A DNA stretch of 64,000 bases from Tubiluchus corallicola (taxonomy: Eukaryota; Animalia; Priapulida): positions 372,001-436,000 of the forward strand of contig JAQGDQ010000095.1 of NCBI GenBank assembly GCA_030141605.1, given 5' to 3'. The translations under genes were made by a program, and so were the position numbers. Shown here piece after piece: positions 36,985 to 49,200 of this stretch (the first letter of the stretch is position 1; each line of letters begins with the position of its first letter). Under the pieces are notes generated by a model that saw nothing but the letters and a program-made list of their open reading frames with translations, was not told the DNA's origin and did not search any database.

Positions 36985-39900
36985 AAGTTCTAATTCTAAT
37001 TCAATAAAGATGTCTATGTGGAAGAACTATGTTTAAAAATGGCTGCTGGGAGGCTGTAAACTGCGAGGCAGTTATGTTAATTAATGGCGCACCTGTGTTG
37101 GTACCATTTTCTTTACAATGACATCAGGACCTATAGTTCAACTCGTGTACGGTCCCTTCTCATATTCATTTTAAATTTATCGATAGATGGTGCATTGACA
37201 GTATCAGCTGAGAGTGAGTTCCACGGATGGGCCACACGAGAGGCAAAAAAATGAGAACGGATGTTAGTTCGGCTATATTCGATGAAGAGTTTGGAATCAT
37301 GACCTCGTACTTCTCTGCATGGTCTTGAGAAGAAATCTTGTTCTTGTAAAACTGAGAGTCCTTTCATATTTTACAACAACTTACAAGATCGGCAGTATAT
37401 CGACATTGTTCCAAGGTGGACATCACTGCAGGATCTGCATCACGGACTAGCCTCATACACCTGTCTTGAGTTTTCTCCACAGCATCTTTGAGAGTAACAT
37501 ACTGCGGTGACCACACTGCTGATGCATATTCTAAAATAGGATGAATGACTGCTTTGTACAGAGGGACTATAACATTAGCAGATCTTGATACTGCACAACT
37601 TTTGATCATACCAATTCGACGATTTACCTGAACTATTACATGATTAACATGGGCACAGAGTAAAAAGCTTTTCTAAAGTCTAAGTATAAAATATCAATAC
37701 CAGGTAAGGATGTATCATCAAAAAATTTAGTCCATTCATTTAAGCAAGAGAGTAAATTAGTTACAACAGAGAGATTTGGTAAAGAGCCATGCTGATTTTT
37801 GCAAAAATGCTCAGAACTGACAAGAAATAGAAATCCCACATAATGGACTCAAGGCATTTGGCAACGACTGATGTTAAAGAAATAGGCCTTAAATCATCGC
37901 ACAAAGGAGTTGCAGAAGATTTCTTCGGAACAGGAGTGACGTTTGAGTCAAGCCAGTTCAAAGGAACTTCGCAAGAGTCAAAACTTTTCTTTAAAAATCA
38001 AAATCAGTGGTAAAGCAAGTTGGAAGGCACAGGTTTTGAGAATAAAACCATGAACATTGTCTGGGCCTGTGGCTTTAAAAGGCTTTAACTTAATGAGTTT
38101 GAGATATACCTCATTTATCGAAAACAAATAACATTAGTTATACTATTGCAATTCCAGCTATCAGATGGGATGGGTAATTCAATGTTCTCGGGTTCTTGGG
38201 TGAAAAAAGAGGCAAAAGTATCATTTATGGTAGAAGCAATAGCGGCACGATCGGTGACAATCTCTTGTTGTTGATTTACGATACTGCTTATATGGTTCAC
38301 GGGTTTTAAAAAGTGTTTGCTGTAACAAAAAAATTCCTTATCATTCTTACTGATTTTACTAGCTAGTTTTTCCTCATACCATTTCCTGGCATCAAGAATA
38401 GATAGTCTCAAATGTTGAGAAGCTCGTGTATATTCAGCTTTCACACTCTTTAAAGAAGTCACACGCCACAAATTCCAGAGGCAACTTTTATTAGCTTTAA
38501 TAACAACAGAATCCCTTTCCCAAGGGGCAAAAGCATATTTACGATCATTTGAACAGGTTCCCTTTAGAGGCACGAAAGTATTTACAGCATAATAATATTT
38601 ATCGTAGAAGAAGTTCCAACAGCTATTTACATCATAATCAATTAACTCATTGTACCAAGCAATACTAGCGAAATAATCTCTAATTTGGGGAAGAGAGGTT
38701 TTACTATAATCTCTCCATGGCCGATTTACCTGATATGAATAGTTGCGTTCGACACAGAAGAAAATACTGGTGTCATGGTCACAAGAAGAAAAAACAAACT
38801 TGGCACACAATAAATTTAGACGATATGAATAGTTGCATTCGACACAGAAGAAAATACTGGTGTCATGGTCACTAGAAGAAAAAACAAACTTGGCACACAA
38901 TAAATTTAGACGATATGAATAGTTGCGTTCGACACAGAAGAAAATACTGGTGTCATGGTCACTAGAAGAAAAAACAAACTTGGCACACAATAAATTTAGA
39001 CGATCTGGACAGTTTGACAATAGGAGTTCAAGATAATTTGTGTTTCTAGTAAGAAAATCAACATGTTGTGTAAGAAGGTTATCGTGTACAGTTTCTAAGA
39101 ACAGGTCCAAAGAGCTATGTGGAACAGGATCAGGGGTTTGGAAGATTGGAATCACCACAGACAGTGTCACTATCACAGCATAGTTCAATAGCACCTTTCA
39201 TTTCGTTAGACATACACATAGACATTTTATTTATCTCCTCGTTTACACCAGAATACAAATAGACTCTTATTGCTATAGTTATTAATTAAACAGGATAAAT
39301 TATGCATAAAGGAAAGAGTTAGGGGGGTGCAGGAGAAAGAGTAGCAAAAGACCAATTGGTCATCAAGTCAGCTACCCTTCTCAGGTTAGTGTAAATTGTA
39401 AAAAAATTGTAATGCTGCTAATTAAACTGTGTAATATAATTATGAAGTAGGTTAAGAAAATCAACTGCTAACATAAATTTATAGGGGAAGAAATTAAACT
39501 TGAAAGTGAAATAACTAAATAGTGTATGCAACAAGGAAGCATTAAGATAAAATGAAAAATATGAAATGACGATCAAACAAATACGCAAAGCACTTACCTA
39601 ACAAATTAAAGCATAAACAAACCAGAAAAAAATCAAATCAAAAGAAGAAAATAAAACATAAATAACAAATCAGTGAAGGAAACAAAATGTATAAGCACAA
39701 TAAAATCAAACTAAATATAATGACACGAAAATATGCAATAGTGTTTAATCAAATTATGTTAAGCATAATGCCGAAGGATTATGGAACACAAGAACTAGTA
39801 TAGAAAAATGGAGTAAACAAAATATGTAATGAAATACGAGTATGTGACTAAATAGACAATATGGCTAAACAAAAAATATAATAAAACTTAATGATAACTG

Positions 39901-41340
39901 TGAAACAATGAGCAAAATAATTATAATAAAGTGAATATATAAATAGTGAAGAAATCATAATATGCAAGCAAAAACATAAGGGGAGCAGGCAAAATTATAA
40001 AAATTTATGTATGAGAGAAAAAAAGTGTTGTAGTTGCTCGATTTGTTTGAAGATTATGTAAGACCTAATTCAATTATACTTCGAACTATTATATTGCGCA
40101 TTTACCTTCCCTTTTCATAGCTTTTCATGAAAAGATGTACTATGACAATATAATTATACTTAACAGATTAGTACAAGGGGAATAAGAACAAAAATATCTG
40201 AAACACCAAAAGTATTATTACAGTCGAAATTACAGGAACGATAAACACACAAAATTGTTAAACTACAACCGTTGGAATATAACTTAACACCAACAACTTC
40301 AGCATTTTAATAACACTTAACTGCAAGCAGACTTGTAAAAAATATCAACACCACCTCTAGCAGTGGTAGGAAAAACATTATGACTGTCACATCTAATAAC
40401 AGAATAACCTAGCGGGCAAATTGCCTCTTTTGTAACATGTTCAGTTAACCACGTTTCACAAATACAAATAAAGTCTGGATTTTCAGTAATAAGAAAACTA
40501 GAAAGACTAAATTTTTATGAGGCCACTACAGTTAAAAACAAAACCAGGCAGTAATTACATTTGTATGAAAGGGACCTTGAGGAATATTAACAGGAACATT
40601 ACTATGTTAATTCGGATCACAGGGAACTTTACAGTTGCCATTTTGGCTTCTTAAAGAGGAATCATTGGTATGCAAAATTATAGACTGAAGAGGGGGCTTA
40701 TCTGGAGTGATCGCAGTTTTGCACAGAGCATCAACAGGGGTTTGATTTACGGGTTCCATACTATGGTGTCAAGCCGCAATCGACACTGGTAGCAGTATCA
40801 CTAGTTGACATGTATGCATTGGTACAGTCATCATCTTTAAATTTGTGTTGGTACCTCAAATTTCCTAGATTTATGTTGAAATAATTCAAATAAATCTAAA
40901 CCATCATAATTTTCCTGCCGCAGCTTGTAACCACCATATTTACAAGCTAGCTCTGTAGTGCAACCAAAATTGATTGCTAGTGACGCACGAAAATATCAGT
41001 CACCGATGCTAGTTCAGGGATTCACAGCGACTTTTCTAATATTTCTATCAGGCTCCTGTAGATCCACATCATAATTAAAGGAGCAATCCAAAAAGAAAAC
41101 TGTGTCCTGTATCGCTGTTGTTCTTACACCTCTACATTGAGCCCCATAAGTCTCTAAATTTTATCACTTGTCTGATCCAAGCTTTGACTCTTACTAGTGT
41201 GCCCGTGTTTACTGAACATAGATCTTTTTCGTTCACTACGTGATTTCCAAACACTTTTTAGCAACTTCACATTTCAACAGATGTTCAGTCGTATCACACT
41301 CCTTCACACACAGTGACACAGTGATATAAATCATCTTTGC
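36985..41340 (-). mobile_element. Decayed CR1-like LINE (ORF1 remnant, endonuclease, RT, 3' end) interrupted by an AT-rich segment at about 39200-40030
   Basis: Endonuclease N-terminus at about 40300-40540. Downstream motifs: SSDH; DDLRPISLTSVVAKCLESI; DILYLDFRKAF; PILEYASAVWSP; VRGHDSKL...RSHFFASRVAHPWNSL. A (TTAGAA)-like tail lies near 36990. Confidence 0.85.
38732..39001. repeat. In-frame tandem triplication (3 x 90 bp) within the LINE ORF
   Basis: The peptide RLNLLCAKFVFSSSDHDTSIFFCVERNYSY appears three times in ORF 38115-39194. Confidence 0.95.
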
Positions 41341-41350
41341 ACTTACTTTT

Positions 41351-41658
41351 ATAATTACACTTTAATTTGATCATGTTTAATTTCATGTTCATGTTCAGTG
41401 GTTCACTGGCTCCAGTTTACCTTTTCCAACGTGAGCACAACCTACTGAGTGTGCAAGAGCAGATTATTTTCTTCTGACATCATTATTATAGTCATTCCTG
41501 GTTCATAATTACACTTTAATTTGATCATGTTTAATTTCATGTTCATGTTCAGTGGTTCACTGGCTCCAGTTTACCTTTTCCAAGGTGAGCACAACCTACT
41601 AAGTGTGCAAGAGCAGATTATTTTCTTCTGACTTCATTATTATGGTCATTCCTGGTTC
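41351..41658. repeat. Tandem duplication, 2 x 154 bp, of a LINE 3' UTR/tail
   Basis: The unit ataattacactttaatttgatcatg...cattcctggttc starts at 41351 and 41505. Confidence 0.92.
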
Positions 41659-41659
41659 T

Positions 41660-42355
41660 GCTTACGAGTGTCACCCTTCCCTTTCATTAAATTTCTTTAT
41701 AACAGCTCCATGGTTTCTCTTGATTCCATAACTCCTCTAAATGCTCTTACTAGTCTTTCAACAGCAATCTATTTCTTTTGTTTTTGTTGAATACTAACAG
41801 GTTTATCATAGTTTTATACATGAGTAATCTTATGTATATTGCTTTTTTACGTACATTTTGCTCATTTCCAATTCTCATTATTTCCCTTATCATGTACTTT
41901 GTCTTCTCCATTCTTTTTTCAGTTAATATTTCATAGTTGCATTTAACCAATCACCTAAATATTTACACTTTTCTGCCCCTCTGGATTATTCCATTTCTTA
42001 ATTTGCCTTCTATTTCTTCGTTACGCTTTTTCTCAGTAAATTTCGTTTTCATATATTTAGTTTTCTTCAGGCTAAATGTTAAGTTCTTTTTGTTTTCCAA
42101 TACTTTAAAATTTTCTGTTGCTTTCTTTATTGTTTGCTTAGACCCTACAGCTATCACATCATCTACATATAACATCATTCCAATAGTTAAATTAGGGCTT
42201 ATACATACATATACTTGGGAAATTTTTATTATTTATCACATCATTCAGTGTAATTGAACATAATTTTGGTCCAATAGAAGTGCCTTGTCTCACTGATTCC
42301 ATTGCATTGATATCTTCTGTTAATCCTATTGGGGTTTCAATTATTACATTTGAAA
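41660..42355 (-). mobile_element. LINE reverse transcriptase fragment (same family as 2245-2870)
   Basis: ESVRQGTSIGPKLC (about 42300-42260) and MMLYVDDVIAVG; the 3' end is shared with 2350-2450. Confidence 0.8.
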
Positions 42356-45300
42356 ACACAGGTAGCGATGGTTGAAAAGTCCACTTTGGCGATGGAACTG
42401 CTTTGTTTTCTCTACGCCCACTCTACAAAGACAGCAGCCAAACTCCGTAAGATAAATGCTCCGCAGAGTATAGACTGGCACAAGCTGCGATAGATGCTAT
42501 AAACATAAATCAATTTAAGAACAAAATAGGACCGTACATCGAGCAGCTGGAATGCGTAACAATCTGCTGTGCTGCCATACTGAATGTGCATTTATAGCCC
42601 TTTTACTGGGCTTTTGCACTTAAAAGGCCACCCAACAAGCTTGAAAACCTCAAGGAAACTATGAAGTTGATGGCATAATATGGGATTTTCGGGTAAATTC
42701 CATATAAACTTCTAGAAATAATAATTCTGGAATTCTGCAATTCTCGCAGTAAAGAACATCGAATATTCAGAAAGACTATGATCACTCGGTATCCAATCCT
42801 TAAAATTTAGGAAGAAAAGAATAGATCTACTGAAGACATATCATTCATACTACTAGTATGACACTCTGATGAGAGACTATAATATTGTGTACATATATAG
42901 GAGTTGCCGGGAATCTGAGAGATCATGTCAGGTAACAATGAGCTAACACCACTAAACACTCAAAGCTGTATAAACATAGAGTTGCTAATGATTGGAACAA
43001 TCTTCCAATGGTGCTAATTGAGGTTCCACTAATAAAATTGTAATGTCTTCAAATCTGGTTTGGCAAAATTTCAAAGTTATAGCCAATACCAGTACACCTG
43101 AAATTGATCTGTATAAGCGTTGAACTGCTCACAATCCAGATGAGATTGTAATTTCCTATTTTTTTATTCTAAATTTTGATGTCAATACAAAATATTCTTC
43201 TCTGCGACCATTATTCACACTGCGATAATTGGTTATTCCGAAAGGGTCCGCTATCAATTCTATATTCACGTTAAATTTTAAAAGCTAATAAAGGCCTATA
43301 ATTATAGCTCACTATTGATAATCAAAGCTAATAAAGGCCTATAATCATAGTTCACTACAGCATACCGTCTGGTTGTTTCGCTGCTTGTGAAATTTGATGG
43401 CATACTTGAATTTTGAGTTTTAGAAAAATTAAATTAGCTCATTCCAAAAGTGTTTATAAATAAGGATAATTAGCGGAAACGAAATGTTTCAAAAAAGCTT
43501 CCAGTCAAGATTCATAAAATTCATACGAAATGGAACCACGTAATTCAAAAATGCTGTATGACATGGAATTTAGAATGACAAGTGATAAAATTCAGAAATT
43601 ATGAGGTCAATGTAGAGCCGTAAGAACAACAGAGTGACAGTATACCGTTTTCTTTTGGCTTGCTCTGCTATGATGTGGAACATACACACAGAAGGCAGAT
43701 AGAAATCAGTCAAACTATGTTCAAATTAAGCCAAAGGAATAGATTTACCCTGCTTTTAGCCAGTTTTTCCAAATCAATTCTGGCTATTTCCTAACAAAGT
43801 ATAGTCTTTTGGAATTACAGCTAATTCCTTTCAAAGAAATATGATGTATTGTGCTCTGACGATCCATTTCTAAGTTTTCCGAATTTGCCCATTATTCATC
43901 CAACAACAATTACATAAGCACTTTTCAATGACGACTCAATGACTGACAAACTCAGTTACTCACTCTGATCATTCTATTCTAGTAAGAGTTTAACAAAAAA
44001 AGCATTACAAATTATTTCAGACGTTTCAATGTATTTTACTTTCCATTCTGAACATCGAGTCAGTCCTAACAAATAACAGAGGCATAACATTTGCCTTCCA
44101 AATCTTACTGTGATCATAACAGTTTCAAATCAAATGAGAGTAAATAGCTTAAAGCATCTACATTCTTTCATGTAGTTCAGGTAATCTGCAAGTCTAGAAC
44201 ATGCAGTTTCTCTATGAAAATGTTGAACATTATTGTTGCAGTGACAAAGAACTTCACTTTGTTTTCGCAAATCAGCTACATGCCAGAACAATATTAGTTT
44301 ATCATGAGTGACATACGTACTGAAATGAAGCTGATGTTTTGCATGAATGAAAACATGTTCTTTGTAACTGTACCCACAAAATTTTTAATCGTAACCTCAT
44401 TATTTCTATTACTGAAATTTAGAGGAAGGTTTACATTATTACGTATAAAGTAGAGTGTCAAAAAACTACAAGTAAAGAACATTATACAAACATTAATCAG
44501 CATTCTCAAATAATGGGAAATGCTGCCTCGTTAATAATAGAATTGTTTGGTTTACTTAATGAAATCATCAATTTTAACCAGGCTAAAGCTAGGTTCAAGT
44601 ATGATTATGCCGTGTTTTGCGTTTTTACGAAAATATATATTTTGATTCTACATTTGATTCGAACTACGAAACATGCACACTTACAACACAAGTTAATTCC
44701 AGTATTCTATATATTCCGTTGTCATTTTCTTTCTATGTATACAAGTAATCCGAATCATTTTAACGATGTAACATGCAGAACTTACCAACTAGTGTCCCAA
44801 AAGGCATCGAAGGGGAAACATTATGACACACATCTCAATAACAGACTCAAATTTAGTCAATTTTAGACACTTGGCTAAACGGACAAACAATAAGCCTCCT
44901 TAATGTCTATGGTTAACCGGGCAAAATAAAGTTGTTTGGCACAAAATACAAAGTGACTATTTAACAAATGCAACATCTACTTCAACAAGACAAAAATTAA
45001 TCACATGTAACAATTTTGCAAATAGAGATTCAAATAACCTTGAACTTTACAAAGCAAATTTATGGCATTGGATGATGCAATTTGGTAAACCAAAATTGTG
45101 CCAATTCTGCAAAACCGTAGCATACGACATTTGAATGGTTACCTATTTCGCAAGAAAAAACAGCTTAGGGAGTCCATAAGCATTCAGAAGTAAGTACACA
45201 CTTTTAATACCAATAAAAACAAAAATTGGGAATGAAAAATTAAGTTACTACTGAAACAGAGGCTGTTACAAAAAGAAAACAATTTTTGCAATGAACACAA

Positions 45301-46285
45301 ACTTGTAAAGCTGCATACCGAACTGTTTATTATATTGTCAATGCATTGGCGAAGCATACTTAATTGTTATTAAAAGTTAAAGATTATTGTATTTGGTTAT
45401 CTCATTATGTCACTAATCAAGCTGTAAAATTGGCTAATTTAAATTAATCCAATACTAAAAAGGCAACTTTATTATAACACAGCAACAAATGAATATTGCT
45501 GCAAACCATGAAGTCAGATACAATTTTACATGCTAAAGAAAAAACATTCCGGGCCTATTCCAAAATGCGAAAAACCTATTAATTACAGAATGTGATAGCT
45601 AGCAAACAAAACAAAAGTTAAATGAATTTGATTATTTTTGAAATGGAGATTCAGCAAAAAGGTTAACCACCAGTCCACCACACCCATTACACAATTTAAG
45701 TAAAAATTCCCTAAACCTATGGCAAATAAACTTCTACAAGCAAATTTCATTACAAATCTACAGGCTTTGTGAACTACCCTTAATGTTTTTATAACTACAA
45801 CTGCTTGCATATGAGCAGCTGATTCAATTCAAACTAGGAAACAAATTTTAAAAATTACATTATAAAGAAAATGCAACTATTAGTATATGATTACTGATAG
45901 CATTACATCTACATACATGACAGCTGACCCTGAACAGAATACGTAAACAACCAAGACACTTGTGCATGTAATAATACTGATGATAAGTAACACACCAAAA
46001 CACGTCGTAATAAATGATGTATTCATTGGATGATTTGTCAAAACTGTCAGACTAGAAATCAGATTACCGGAAAAGAGAAGCTCAAACCTACAACCATTTA
46101 CCTACTCTCGTGCAGCAAGTACCATAACATGCAAACTCATTTCAATGACAACTGTTATGAAAATAATGTTACAAGTTCTGATATAAAATTCTTGTCTGAG
46201 TAGTGCAGGCTGATTTTACAGAAATCTAGCACCAAATGAAATGAGGAAAAGAAATCCATCCATAAAGCTGTTTATCAGAGGTGTT

Positions 46286-49200
46286 TTATTTTCCGTTAAT
46301 GACCGCGTCAAGGTGTTCTTCGATATTAGAAAATTTGTCTACTCCTAAGTAATCGACGACCCCGTGTTCCCATGCATCTCGGTGAGCTTCTTCACTCTCA
46401 TAACTATGTGGAGTAATACCTGTGCTTGCGCTAAGATTAAGACTCGCCATGCCACCTTCGATGTTTTCCTGGAGCGAAAAAAATTCACGTTAATAAAAAG
46501 TTTCTCATAACAGGCAAAACATGCGTGTGTTCATACTGTAATTGTCCTGACAGAAATCCACACATGTTCACTTTCCTAAATTGGTAGCATAACTTTTTAA
46601 AAACAAAGATTTCAACAATCAATGAAATACATGCAGAAAAGATTTTGTTAGCACAGCTGATTTAAAAATCTTGCCAAATATTTTGAAATGAAAAACAATA
46701 CACATGAGGTGTATGGTTGATGAAATTTAAAATCTAAAAACTGTGTTAGTAAAGAAATGCCAATGTAGAATAAATTTGAAAAATTTAATTGAAACTTGAA
46801 AAAACTGTAATAACATCCATTAGAAAATTAAGTGTTGTTGTTGAACAAATTTACTGTGCAAGAAGGCACTTAAGTTTTCCAAGCGCAGAACTTTCAAGCT
46901 TTAGTAATTCTTCCTTTGGTGACTTGTTACAGGCTAAATGGCATAGCTATACACTTGGCCAAGCCACAAATCAGTTTCTTAAATTAATTTTAATTAGTAA
47001 TCCATTTGAAAATGATCGTTTGTATCGTTGCTAATTTATTTAAATTGGGTAAATTTTGTTATTTTGAAGTCAAACAAGATCCATTTTAGGTGCACTTCTG
47101 GAACTTATGAATTTACAGCTATTTTGAAAATTATTAATTTTACAAACCTTGTCAAAATCTACTGCCTAAATGGCAAAAGGGATCGTCATAAATCCGGGTT
47201 AGCAAGAAAGAGAAAAATAGAATAAACTAATCAGAAGAAAGGTAGTACAAAAAAGCAGAAAATCTTCCACAATTACTAAAAGACGCATTTTCCAGTATTT
47301 GTTCACATTTTTCACATTTGTTGGTTGAACAAATCTTCATAAGAATTCGATTTCAGCAGCAGGTTCTAAAATTCATCCAAAAGTTTAAATATCACCAACA
47401 AAAGTGAAAAATGGATAATTTTCCACAAAAATATTATTTATTATTATATTTGGAAAGGAACCTTTGTCAGAAACTATAATTTTTATCATATCTAAACACT
47501 AGCAATCAGTACTGCTTAATTTTCAGCCAATTAAAATGCAAAAGCAGACTGTGAGTTTAATTTGTAGGGCACAGAATGATATTTTGCTGATAGTGATAGC
47601 TTTTACACACTAGTAGTGTTGAGACTGCATTTATGAAACACTAGCAATCAGTACTGCTTAATTTTCAGCCAATTAAAATGCAAAAGCAGACTGTGAGTTT
47701 AATTTGTAGGGCACAGAATGATATTTTGCTGATAGTGATAGCTTTTACACACTAGTAGTGTTGAGACTGCATTTATGGTCACTTTAATCACCAATCGTTT
47801 TACCTTTTCAGATCCACGATATTTATTTAGCACTTGACAAGCAAAACAACCAGTTTTTAGATTAAGTCACTAATTTGCTTTACTGTTTGTTAAGTCAGTT
47901 GATTCAAGAATTACAGCAAGTCCTCGCTTAACTATGCTAATGCTTTCCAGCAAAATGTGTCGCTAAGTGAAATGTCGTTAAACGAAATAACACTTTCCAT
48001 AAGAAATAATGTGAAAGCATTAAGTTGCATTCCAGGAGCAAAAATCAATAGTGCTTGGTTATGTAAAAGGCCCTAGTTATATGGAGGAGAAAACAAAAAA
48101 TGCTTGGGTCATAAATTAAACACACTATGTAGGGTTTAGTGCTTGCAGTTCTTTTTCACCTATTTCTTTAATTAAAAAGCTAATGAGTAACTAAAGTGTG
48201 AAAATTACAATCTAATTTTGAAACACAGGCCCTTCCTCCTCAGGTTGCTCACCTCAGTCATCTTTCGTCCCTTTGTTTCTACTTTTACTTTTTTATAAAA
48301 AATCTAGGACTGGTTACTTAGATTTTTCCTTTTTTCAGCTTCACTTCCTCGTCACATTGCATCGCGTTTATTATATCCTGCCTTCTTACTTTCGAGCATA
48401 ATTCACCTTTTTGTCTTCAATGTTGTGCTGGCCACAGCTAATATGCAAATGAGGTGAATGCAGGAATTAACTACACATTTTACTCAACCAGAGAATTTTG
48501 TCTAAGCGTGTGAAAGCAAAAATCATGTGGTCTCGTTGCCTAGTATCAGTTTAATTGGACAAAGTATTACAGATGCAATAAATCACCTAGTATTACGGTG
48601 ATCTGGGTTTCATTTACAAAGTGTAAGTGCAGTAAACAAGATTTTGATGCTTAAAGTAAGCTTAAAATGACACATGCAACGTTAAATGAAAAAAGGTATA
48701 AAAAATTTAGTGTTGCTCTTTAAATGAAATGTCACTAAATGGGGCGTCGTTAAGCAACGACTTACTGTAATTTGAAATAATTAACTTATAAGCTTCAGAT
48801 GGAAATTTTCTTTAGGTTTTAGGAAAAGCAAACATAAAAAAAGCCAAATTTAAAAATGCGATTCTTAAAAATAAACCTCCGAGAAGCGCTAACATATTTG
48901 TTTCATTTCCACTAAATAAGTGCAATTATTGGAATAATATACAGTAATACGGTCAGGCAAATAAACCAATATGTCCAACATATGAAAGAATCCACCACCA
49001 GTCTATAGCTTTTAAAGAGACAATGCGTGCACATCACATACAAACATGAATATAGAACATACAAACATGAACTGAAATGTGTGAATAACAATTGCTTTTG
49101 CTAGCTGATACCCAAATGATACTGTACTTACATCTTTTGTATCGGCACCGGAAACCTGTTACAACAATACAAGAATCATGCAGTAAGTCAGTCTCATGCC

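Noticed and set aside
42860-42930. CTGATGA followed by a possible stem, suggesting a hammerhead ribozyme (also at 14087)
   Set aside because: No closing stem II followed by GAAA and no matching cleavage-site helix were found.
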